DNA of 64,000 nucleotides from Gemmatimonadales bacterium (GTDB lineage: Bacteria > Gemmatimonadota > Gemmatimonadetes > Gemmatimonadales > GWC2-71-9): NCBI GenBank assembly GCA_036279355.1, contig DASUJH010000024.1, positions 67,375-131,374 of the forward strand, written 5' to 3'. Position numbers and translations under genes: made by a program. The notes under the pieces were generated by a model. It ran no database searches. It was not told the origin of the DNA and was given only the letters and a program-made list of their open reading frames with translations. This document shows positions 26,810 to 34,091 of this stretch, one piece after another (position 1 is the first letter of the stretch; every line of letters starts with the position of its first letter).

Positions 26810-27861
26810 TGCGCCGTATCCGGTCCGAGTCCCATAACGTCCTTTTCCATTTCCAGGTAGACCCGCACGGCGTTGCGCCGCCGGCGGGAGTTGACCGACA
26901 CCGGACGGGTTTCGTCCGGCGGCGGCAGCGCCGCAAGCGCGCGTTGCATCGGCACGTTCTGCTCGACCGCCTTCCGCATCTCGGCGCGGAGGCCCGTGAT
27001 GTAGGCCCGCGTTTTCTCGATGAGCGTCAAAGGATTCGCCGGAATGGCGCCGTGACCCGGCACCGACACCTTCGGGTCGAGCGAGTCGATCGTAGCGAGC
27101 GCCTGGAGCAATGCGGGCGAGCTGCCGTCGACAATCATCGTGATCCCGTCTTCGATCAGGACGTCGCCCGCGAACAGCACGCGCGCCGCCGGCAGCCAGA
27201 CCATCAGGTCGCCGGCGGTATGCGGCGCGCCGGGGTGCATGATGACGAACGTCTTGCCGCCTAGCTCAAGCGTGTCGGTGCCCGTCACGGGGACGTCGGG
27301 TTTGTCGGCGTATGCAAAGCCGCGCATCGCGTCCCGCCCCGCCACCCGGGTCCAATCCTTCTCCAGCGCGTCGAAGCCGCCGGCCGAGGCGAGCGTCCGC
27401 CGGTCGGGATGCGCGATCACCTTCGCGCCCGCCCGGCGAAACACGATCGCGCCGAACATGTGATCCGGGTGGTGGTGGGTGAGAACGAGCCATCGGATCG
27501 GCTGCCGGGTGACCGATTGGATGGTTCTGAGCAGCGTTCGCCCGTCACGCGGACTTCCTTCGGCATCGATCACGACGACACCGTCATCGGTGACCATGAA
27601 TCCCGCGTTCGGCCGCCCCTCCGAACCGCGTCCAGTGTCACCGATGACCGCGTACACGCCCGGTGCAAGTGCCCGAATCGGAAATACGGCCGCCGATGCG
27701 GCGCGCGACGGCACGGCACCCAGCAAATCGGCGCCCCAGGCGACGGGCACCGCGCAGAGCGCGAGGAGGACTGCGACAACCGTGGGGCCGTACCGGGTCA
27801 GGCGGAGGTGAACGCGATGTTGACGGACTGCTTGAACACGCCCCCCTTGTTGTCCTTCCAT
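26806..27861 (-). CDS. Exported metallo-beta-lactamase-fold protein (SoxH-like by context)
   Basis: Signal-like VVAVLLALCAVPVAWGA and the MBL motif LVLTHHHPDHMFG (HxHxDH), later PGHG. Start is uncertain: the ATG at 27861 overlaps soxZ by 64 nt, and the track start is 27939. Confidence 0.75.
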   Translation of the reverse strand: MEGQQGGRVQAVRQHRVHLRLTRYGPTVVAVLLALCAVPVAWGADLLGAVPSRAASAAVFPIRALAPGVYAVIGDTGRGSEGRPNAGFMVTDDGVVVIDAEGSPRDGRTLLRTIQSVTRQPIRWLVLTHHHPDHMFGAIVFRRAGAKVIAHPDRRTLASAGGFDALEKDWTRVAGRDAMRGFAYADKPDVPVTGTDTLELGGKTFVIMHPGAPHTAGDLMVWLPAARVLFAGDVLIEDGITMIVDGSSPALLQALATIDSLDPKVSVPGHGAIPANPLTLIEKTRAYITGLRAEMRKAVEQNVPMQRALAALPPPDETRPVSVNSRRRRNAVRVYLEMEKDVMGLGPDTAQ

Positions 27862-28139
27862 GTCATGGCGAGCGGTGCTTCCCGGTCTGCCTTGACCGTG
27901 AAGCTGACGAGGGGATCGCGGCTGATTCCCGAGGTCCACTCGAAGTGGGCAATCTCCTCACCACCGTACTCCACGTGCACCTCGTTGATGAAGTACGCGG
28001 GAATCGGGTCGCCATCCTTGGTGCGGAAGAACCCCGTGTCCATCGGGTGACTCACGATGGCGTTCACGATGATCACGTCGCCCTTCGTGATACGGTCGGG
28101 CACGCGGATCCGGGCCTGTCCGATGTCATGGCGCATCAT
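27798..28139 (-). CDS. soxZ: Sulfur carrier complex subunit SoxZ
   Basis: ARIRVPDRITKGDVIIVNAIVSHPMDTGFFRTKDGDPIPAYFINEVHVEYGGEEI...LVSFTVKA is collinear with SoxZ proteins as I remember them. The ATG at 28139 overlaps the soxY stop (ATGA). Confidence 0.88.
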   Translation of the reverse strand: MMRHDIGQARIRVPDRITKGDVIIVNAIVSHPMDTGFFRTKDGDPIPAYFINEVHVEYGGEEIAHFEWTSGISRDPLVSFTVKADREAPLAMTWKDNKGGVFKQSVNIAFTSA

Positions 28140-28690
28140 CCGCAGCCGTTCAACGTGACGAGTACGTGGGCATAGTCCGCCCAGAGCTCGCCCGTATTGG
28201 TTTCGAGGATGGCCCGCACCCAAGTGGTGCGCTTCATCTTGATGCGGGTCGACAGGGATACCCGCCCGACCACGGGCGTCAGATAGAAGGCCGCGAGGTC
28301 CGGATCAGGGTTGTGATCGACAATCAGGTGCACGCCCTTTACATACCGCTCGGGCATCATCGGGATGTCGCTTTCGATGATCACCGGCACTACGCGTCCG
28401 TCCTCGGCCACCGCCGGCATGTCGAGCTGCACATGCGCCCGGGTGATCGGCCGGTTGCCAAAGCGTTCCCGGAAGATGCGGGCGACTTCGTCGTTGGGAA
28501 TTTCAGGCGTACCGGGGCCCAGCGGCGCACGCGCGGCCGCAAAGAGCCGGCCGGGATCCGTCAGCGCATTCGAGCCGGCGATCGCAAGCGCCCCGAGCAC
28601 GGCGCGCTGGAGGAACGCACGGCGCGGCAGAGGGGTTGGCGCCGGCCCAAATGGATCATGGTCCGGCGGCGGAGTGGTGCTCGCCGACAT
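28136..28690 (-). CDS. soxY: Sulfur carrier complex subunit SoxY (variant C-terminus NGCG)
   Basis: Twin-arginine signal PRRAFLQRAVLGALA. Core AEDGRVVPVIIESD...VKGVHLIVDHNPDPDLAAFYLTP...STRIKM, and a C-terminal Cys arm ...VLVTLNGCG. True ATG at 28690. Confidence 0.88.
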   Translation of the reverse strand: MSASTTPPPDHDPFGPAPTPLPRRAFLQRAVLGALAIAGSNALTDPGRLFAAARAPLGPGTPEIPNDEVARIFRERFGNRPITRAHVQLDMPAVAEDGRVVPVIIESDIPMMPERYVKGVHLIVDHNPDPDLAAFYLTPVVGRVSLSTRIKMKRTTWVRAILETNTGELWADYAHVLVTLNGCG

Positions 28691-28709
28691 GGTTGTATAC
28701 TCCACGCTT

Positions 28710-28719
28710 CCCCATGGGG
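28710..28719. promoter_or_regulatory. 10-bp perfect palindrome CCCCATGGGG in the 39-bp soxY/arsR divergent gap
   Basis: Read directly. It is the only symmetric element between the two start codons (28690 and 28730). Its function is not established. Confidence 0.2.
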
Positions 28720-28729
28720 TGTCAAGCTG

Positions 28730-29077
28730 ATGGCCCGGCGTCTCTTGAGCCAGGAATACATCACCACCGCCGCGCGTCTGCTCGGGATATTGAGTCACGA
28801 AACCCGGCTCAATCTGGTGCTCGCCCTGGCCCAGGGCGAAGCCAGCGTCACCGAGCTTTGCGAGCACCTCTCGCTCTCACAGAGCAACGCCAGCCACCAC
28901 CTATCGATCCTCCGGAATACGGGCCTCGTGTGCGATGCGCGCGATGGCCAGTTCGTGATCTATCGCCTGAACCTCGACGCATGGCGCGCCCTCGGGGATG
29001 GGTTCTTCGACCAACTGCTCGGCGGTCTCGACGGCGTCAGGCTGCAGCACTTTAGCATCCGTAGAATCTCGGAATGA
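28730..29077 (+). CDS. ArsR/SmtB-family transcriptional regulator (two Cys: C44, C68)
   Basis: LGILSHETRLNLVLALAQGEASVTELCEHLSLSQSNASHHLSILRNTGLV...DGQFVIYRL is the canonical ArsR HTH. ATG at 28730, in frame inside track ORF 28166..29077. Confidence 0.88.
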   Translation: MARRLLSQEYITTAARLLGILSHETRLNLVLALAQGEASVTELCEHLSLSQSNASHHLSILRNTGLVCDARDGQFVIYRLNLDAWRALGDGFFDQLLGGLDGVRLQHFSIRRISE

Positions 29078-29245
29078 CGATCAACGACCCGGCCCGACAC
29101 TTGCCACCTTTTGCACCGGCTTGCCTGCCGCGGCCCCCGAACCCCTTGGCCGAGCGCTTGTGGCAGTTCCTATCGCATGGTAGCTTAACTCGTTCAGCCA
29201 CAAAGTATTCTGGGGCTCCGTCACCCCGATTCGAGCCGAGGCACC

Positions 29246-30451
29246 GTGGATACACAGACGCTCCAGCAGGTCGCGCTCTTTGAGAAGTGTCGAAACTTCA
29301 CCAAGGCGAGGGAGGTCCAGGCGGCCGGCCTGTACCCCTACTTCAAGCCGATTTCCGAGTCCGAGGACACGGTTGTCGTCATTGAGGGTCAGAAGCGCAT
29401 CATGCTGGGCTCCAATAACTACCTCGGGCTGACTCACCATCCCCAGGTATTGGAGGCTGCGCAGCGTGCCCTTTCTCGCTACGGCTCGGGATGCACGGGC
29501 AGCCGCTTTCTGAACGGGACGCTCGATCTGCATGAGCAGCTCGAGGGCGCCCTGGCCGAATTCGTCGGCAAGGAGGCGTGCCTCGTCTTCTCCACCGGCT
29601 ACCAAGCCAATCTGGGCCTCATCTCGGGGCTCGTGGGACGCGGCGACGTGGTCTATCTCGACAAGCTGGACCACGCCTCGATCGTGGATGGCGCCAAGCT
29701 CTCCTACGGCGAGACTGAGCGCTTCAACCATGGCGATCTGGCCGCGCTAGACCGCCGGCTCGAGCGCGATCGCTCCAATCGCGCGGCAATGATCATCGTG
29801 GACGGCGTCTATTCGATGGAGGGCGACATCGCCGACCTGCCGGGTCTCGTTCCACTCGCCCGGAAGCACGCCGCCGCCCTCGCGGTGGACGACGCGCACT
29901 CGCTCGGCGTGCTCGGGCCCAACGGCGACGGTACCGCGGCCCACTTCGGCATGAGCGACGATGTCGACATCATCGCCGGCACATTCTCCAAGTCCCTGGC
30001 GTCGATCGGGGGATTTGTCGCGGCACCGGAGAGCGTCATCCACTATCTGCGCCACCACAGCCGTCCGCTCATGTTCACGGCATCCCTCCCGCCCGCCAAC
30101 ACCGCTGGCGTCCTGGCGGCGCTCGAAGTCCTGCAACGGGAGCCGGAACGGCGCGAGCAGCTCTGGAAGAATACCCGCCGCCTGCACAGCGGCTTCCGCG
30201 CGCTCGGCTTCGACGTGGGCCCCACCGAGACGCCGATCGTCCCGGTGCTGATCGGCCCCATGGAGCGCACGTTCCTCATGTGGCGGCGCCTGTTCGATGC
30301 CGGCGTATTCACGAATCCGGTGGCACCGCCGGCGGTCGCGCCGACCCAGTGCCGGCTTCGTACCAGCCTCATGGCGACGCACACGTTCGATCAGATCGAT
30401 TACGCCCTCGAGACCTTCGGCCGCATCGGACGGGAGCTGGGCGTCATCTGA
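29246..30451 (+). CDS. spt: Serine palmitoyltransferase-like alpha-oxoamine synthase (PLP)
   Basis: GSNNYLGL, GSGCTGSRFLNGT, FSTGYQANLG, DGVYSMEGDIADL, DDAHSLG, the PLP-Lys block GTFSKSLASIGGF, RPLMFTASLPP, and the C-terminus GRELGVI. These blocks are collinear with Sphingomonas SPT as I recall it. The GTFSKS form differs from BioF/Kbl GTL.KA. GTG start 5 nt after GAGG. Confidence 0.8.
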   Translation: MDTQTLQQVALFEKCRNFTKAREVQAAGLYPYFKPISESEDTVVVIEGQKRIMLGSNNYLGLTHHPQVLEAAQRALSRYGSGCTGSRFLNGTLDLHEQLEGALAEFVGKEACLVFSTGYQANLGLISGLVGRGDVVYLDKLDHASIVDGAKLSYGETERFNHGDLAALDRRLERDRSNRAAMIIVDGVYSMEGDIADLPGLVPLARKHAAALAVDDAHSLGVLGPNGDGTAAHFGMSDDVDIIAGTFSKSLASIGGFVAAPESVIHYLRHHSRPLMFTASLPPANTAGVLAALEVLQREPERREQLWKNTRRLHSGFRALGFDVGPTETPIVPVLIGPMERTFLMWRRLFDAGVFTNPVAPPAVAPTQCRLRTSLMATHTFDQIDYALETFGRIGRELGVI

Positions 30452-30465
30452 CGCCTGCGGTCCGC

Positions 30466-31578
30466 GTGCGGCCGGCGCGATCCTCTCGAGACGTTCGGCG
30501 GTTCATCGCACTCCCCTACCGACTCCACGCACGGGACCCACTCTGGGTCCCGCCGTTGCGTCGGGACGTGGCAACGCTTCTTTCCCGCACCAAGAATCCC
30601 TTTTTCGAGCACGCCGAGGCGGAGTACTTCCTCGCCGAGCGCGGCGGCGAGGTCGTCGGCCGCATTGCGGCCATCCACAATCGCCTGCATAACGAGACCC
30701 ACGGCGACAGGGTCGGCTTCTTCGGCTTCTTCGAGTCGGTGAACGATCAGGGCGTCGCCGATGCGCTCTTCCCGGCCGCCGGTGATTGGCTGCGGGCGCG
30801 CAGGCTCGACACCATGCGCGGTCCGGCGTCGTTCTCGGTCAACGACGAATGTGGTCTGCTGGTGGAAGGCTTTGACACGCCGCCGACCCTCATGATGCCG
30901 CACAATCCGCAATACTACGTCGATCTCGTCGCCAACGCCGGTTTCGCGAAGGCGAAGGACGTGGTCTGCTTCGAGGGGCAGGATCCGGCGGGTGAAGGCG
31001 GAGCGCGCCTGATCCGCGCGGGCGAGCTTCTCCAGCGCCGCTACGGCGTGACCATACGTCCCCTCAACATGGCCGACTTTGCCGGAGAAGTTGCCCGCAT
31101 CAAGCAGCTCTACAACGCCGGCTGGGAAAAGAACTGGGGATTCGTGCCGCTCACCGACCACGAGATCGACCACCTGGCCGAGCAGTTTCGGCCGGTCGTG
31201 GTACCGGAGCTCGTGCTGTTCGCCGAACGGAACGGCCAGCCGGTCGGATTCGCCATCGGTCTTCCCGACCTCAACGTGGCGTTCCGGCGCAACCGCTCCG
31301 GCGCGTTTGTTCCCGGTCTCGTGCGAGTGCTCTGGATGCTCAAGACACGCCGCATCGGGCGACTCCGCGTCCTGCTCCTCGGCACCGTGCCCGAATTTCG
31401 CGGCAAGGGGCTCGACTCGGCACTCTACCTCGCCATCTGGAAGCATGGCAACGCCAAGGGTATTCACTGGGGCGAGGCGGGGTGGATCCTCGAGGACAAC
31501 GCCCCGATGATCGCGGGCATGGTCAAAATGGGTTGGCGGGTCTACAAGACGTATCGGTTCTACGATCGACCGCTATGA
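30466..31578 (+). CDS. GNAT-fold acyltransferase, ~370 aa (candidate ceramide synthase by context)
   Basis: Conserved N-terminus FIALPYRLHARDPLWVPPLRRDV...KNPFFEHAEAEYFLAERGGEVVGRIAA and C-terminal GNAT motif A GTVPEFRGKGLDSALY. Start within 30448..30466 (CTG or GTG), immediately after the spt stop. Confidence 0.7.
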   Translation: MRPARSSRDVRRFIALPYRLHARDPLWVPPLRRDVATLLSRTKNPFFEHAEAEYFLAERGGEVVGRIAAIHNRLHNETHGDRVGFFGFFESVNDQGVADALFPAAGDWLRARRLDTMRGPASFSVNDECGLLVEGFDTPPTLMMPHNPQYYVDLVANAGFAKAKDVVCFEGQDPAGEGGARLIRAGELLQRRYGVTIRPLNMADFAGEVARIKQLYNAGWEKNWGFVPLTDHEIDHLAEQFRPVVVPELVLFAERNGQPVGFAIGLPDLNVAFRRNRSGAFVPGLVRVLWMLKTRRIGRLRVLLLGTVPEFRGKGLDSALYLAIWKHGNAKGIHWGEAGWILEDNAPMIAGMVKMGWRVYKTYRFYDRPL

Positions 31579-32537
31579 AGGCGCTGGTCACGGGCGCGAC
31601 CGGGTTCGTGGGGAGCCACCTGGTCGAGGCGCTCCGCGCGCGCGGCGCCGATGTGACGCTGCTGGTGCGCTCGCCGGCGAAGGCCGGCCCACTCGCGACG
31701 CTTGGCGTTGAGATCGTAGCCGGCGGTCTCGAGGATGGGACGGCCCTCCGACAGGCGGCCGAGGGTCAGGACGTGATCTTCCATGCCGCGGGGGTCGTGG
31801 CGGCCCGGAGCGAGGCGGAATTCCAGCGGGTGAACCGCGACGGCACGGCAGCGGTCGTCGCAGCCGCAGCGGCAGGGAGCGTGGGCCGACTCGTTTTGGT
31901 CTCTTCACTCGCGGCAGCCGGTCCGGCCGAGCGAGGCCATCCGCTGACCGGCGAGGAGCCGCCGCGACCGGTGACCGCCTACGGGCGCAGCAAGCTGGCT
32001 GGCGAGGCCGTGGTGCGGGAGGGTCGGGTGCCCTGGACCATCGTGCGGCCGCCGATGGTGTACGGCCCGCGCGACCGTGAAGTCCTGAAGCTCTTCCGGC
32101 TCGCCCGGATCGGAATAGCGCCGGTCTTCGGCGGAGGCGAGCAGGAGTTGAGCGCGGTGCATGCCGCCGACCTCGGCGCGGCGCTCGTGGCGGCCTCGAC
32201 GGCGCCGGCTGAGCGACTCTATCATGTGTGCCATCCGGAGACCTTCACCAGCGGTGATTTCGTGAAGTCGGTCGGCGCCACCATGGGGCGGCGAGTCCGA
32301 GTCATCGCGCTGCCGCAGCTCGTCGGCCGCGCGCTCCTCGGCGTCACCGGCACCGCGGCACGCATCGCGGGGCAGGCGACGATCCTTACCGCCGATAAGG
32401 CCAATGAATTCTTTCAGGCCGCCTGGACCGCCGACCCCGGGCCCCTCACACGCGACACCGGCTGGCGTGCCCGATATGAGCTGGCCTCCGGCCTCGCAGA
32501 CACGTATCGCTGGTATTGCGCGGCCGGATGGCTGTGA
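31575..32537 (+). CDS. NAD(P)-dependent epimerase/dehydratase-family reductase (extended SDR; candidate CerR-like)
   Basis: MKALVTGATGFVGSHLV Rossmann motif and catalytic YGRSK. 320 aa. The ATG overlaps the upstream stop (ATGA). Confidence 0.8.
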   Translation: MKALVTGATGFVGSHLVEALRARGADVTLLVRSPAKAGPLATLGVEIVAGGLEDGTALRQAAEGQDVIFHAAGVVAARSEAEFQRVNRDGTAAVVAAAAAGSVGRLVLVSSLAAAGPAERGHPLTGEEPPRPVTAYGRSKLAGEAVVREGRVPWTIVRPPMVYGPRDREVLKLFRLARIGIAPVFGGGEQELSAVHAADLGAALVAASTAPAERLYHVCHPETFTSGDFVKSVGATMGRRVRVIALPQLVGRALLGVTGTAARIAGQATILTADKANEFFQAAWTADPGPLTRDTGWRARYELASGLADTYRWYCAAGWL

Positions 32538-33406
32538 TCGCGGACGGCGCGGAGACGGCCCGTGACGTGGCGGCGCGAGCGCACCGGCTCCGGCCGGTCG
32601 ACGCCGTGGTGCTCGGCTATGCGGCGGCGACGTCGCTCGTTGCGCTTCTCCGGATCGGCGTGCTCCCCCGCTGCGGATGGGTGCTGCTCCTCAACGTCCT
32701 CATGGCGCTGCTCGTTCTTCTCCTCACGCGGCGGACGCTCGGTCCCTTCGGTGGCGTCGTACGCGAAATCTATCCGCTGTTGCTGCTGCCATTGCTCTAC
32801 AGCGCGCTGGGTGTCCTGAACGGCGGGGGTCGCCTGCCAGTGCACGACCTCCTCGTGCAGCGCTGGGAGGCAGCGCTCTTCGGTGGCCAGCCGAGCCGCG
32901 ACTGGTGGCGCGCCGACCCGAGCCGGCTCTGGTCGACGGTGCTCCACGCCGCGTATTTCAGCTACTACTTCATCATTGCGATACCGGCGGGCCTGCTCCT
33001 CGCATGGCGCGACCGCCCGGGACTCAGGCGATTCGTGCTCGCGGTCGTGGCGACGTTCGTGTTCTGCTTTCTCTGCTTCGTGCTCTTCCCGGTGGCGGGA
33101 CCGTACTACGCGTTTCCACGCCCGGATGCGGCGTTCCTCGACAACCCCGCGGCGCGGCTCGTGTACGCCACGCTCGCACGCGGCAGCTCGTACGGCGCGG
33201 CGTTTCCGTCGTCGCACGTGGCGGCGAGCGTCGCGGCCACGTTTTCCGCGTGGGCTGCGTCGCGCCGGCTCGGCGTCCTGGTCGCCGTGCCGGCCGCGCT
33301 GCTCACGGTGGGAGTGGTGTACTGCCAGATGCACTATGTGGTCGACGCGCTCGCCGGGCTCGCGGTCGGGAGCGGGTTCGGACTTGCGGTCGCGCGGCGG
33401 ACCTGA
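32528..33406 (+). CDS. PAP2-superfamily integral membrane protein, Aur1-like (candidate phospho-headgroup transferase)
   Basis: About 6 TM segments, the loop WEAALFGGQPS, and PAP2 C2/C3 motifs FPSSHVAAS and MHYVVDALAG. The ATG at 32528 overlaps the SDR 3' end by 10 nt. Confidence 0.75.
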   Translation: MAVIADGAETARDVAARAHRLRPVDAVVLGYAAATSLVALLRIGVLPRCGWVLLLNVLMALLVLLLTRRTLGPFGGVVREIYPLLLLPLLYSALGVLNGGGRLPVHDLLVQRWEAALFGGQPSRDWWRADPSRLWSTVLHAAYFSYYFIIAIPAGLLLAWRDRPGLRRFVLAVVATFVFCFLCFVLFPVAGPYYAFPRPDAAFLDNPAARLVYATLARGSSYGAAFPSSHVAASVAATFSAWAASRRLGVLVAVPAALLTVGVVYCQMHYVVDALAGLAVGSGFGLAVARRT

Positions 33407-33431
33407 TCCGCGGCTGCGCGGAACCGGACGA

Positions 33432-33453
33432 GGGGGCCCGGCGCCGGGCCCCT
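33432..33453. terminator. GC hairpin between convergent PAP2 and cupredoxin genes
   Basis: GGGGGCCCG (33432..33440) pairs with CGGGCCCCT (33445..33453): 8 G:C pairs plus one G:U, with a 4-nt loop. No U-tract. Confidence 0.45.
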
Positions 33454-33479
33454 CGCGCAGTTCCGATGCTGGCGCGCGG

Positions 33480-33983
33480 CTATTGGACGGTCAGCACGCC
33501 GACCATGCCGAGCGCGTGGTGCGGCCCGCAGAAGAAATGGTAGGTGCCGGTGGGTGCGTCCTTGAGCGACAGCTGGAACGACTCACCCTCGGTCTTGAGC
33601 GACTCGTTCACGAGGCTGCCCCCCGCCTCGAGCGGCGCCACGGCGAGCGCCTTGATCTGCGGCGGCACGTTGGCGGGGATGCTGTCAGGATAGAACTGTA
33701 CGTTGTGTGCGCCGCCGCTCACGCTATGAAACGTGATCACGTCGCCCGGCTTGGCCGTGAGCGTGTTGGGGACGTACTTGTATGTGGTCCCCTCCAGCAC
33801 CATGTTCACGTCGTGGTTCGCGCCTCCGGGCGCCGGGGCGTCCGAGCCGGCGGCCGCCGGCGCCGGCGCGGCGGGCTGGTCAGCGGGGGGAGTTGTGGTA
33901 GTCGACTGATTGGCGGCCTGCTTCTCGCCGCCACATGCCGCGACCACGAAGGCGAGCCCCACCGCGAAGGACGAAATGCGCAT
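33480..33983 (-). CDS. Plastocyanin/pseudoazurin-type blue copper lipoprotein (cupredoxin)
   Basis: Lipobox FVVAACGG and a low-complexity linker. Type-1 Cu ligands GAHNVQF (His) and FFCGPHHALGMVG (Cys-x2-His-x4-Met). True ATG at 33983. Confidence 0.88.
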   Translation of the reverse strand: MRISSFAVGLAFVVAACGGEKQAANQSTTTTPPADQPAAPAPAAAGSDAPAPGGANHDVNMVLEGTTYKYVPNTLTAKPGDVITFHSVSGGAHNVQFYPDSIPANVPPQIKALAVAPLEAGGSLVNESLKTEGESFQLSLKDAPTGTYHFFCGPHHALGMVGVLTVQ

Positions 33984-34058
33984 CACTCTTGAGCCTCCGA
34001 ATTGTTGAACGTTGGACGCACCACCTGAGCGAGGGTCGGACGCCGGCCCGAACATGGT

Positions 34059-34074
34059 TGTGAAGAATTTCACA
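34059..34074. promoter_or_regulatory. Perfect CRP-family palindrome TGTGA-N6-TCACA
   Basis: Read directly: TGTGAAGAATTTCACA, extendable to TTGTGAAGAATTTCACAA (34058..34075). It sits in the divergent gap, 83 bp upstream of the cupredoxin ATG and 25 bp upstream of the GTG at 34092. Confidence 0.5.
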
Positions 34075-34091
34075 AGATTGTTTGGGCAGCC

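Noticed and set aside
29161-29177. Sigma-54-like element TGGCAG-N-TCGCA upstream of spt.
   Set aside because: The GG-to-GC spacing is one nucleotide longer than the -24/-12 consensus (GG-N10-GC), and the -12 element is TCGCA rather than TTGCA. This is not a convincing match.
29081-29731. 216-aa minus-strand ORF overlapping the 5' end of spt.
   Set aside because: It is antisense to the strongly supported SPT-like gene and has no motifs.
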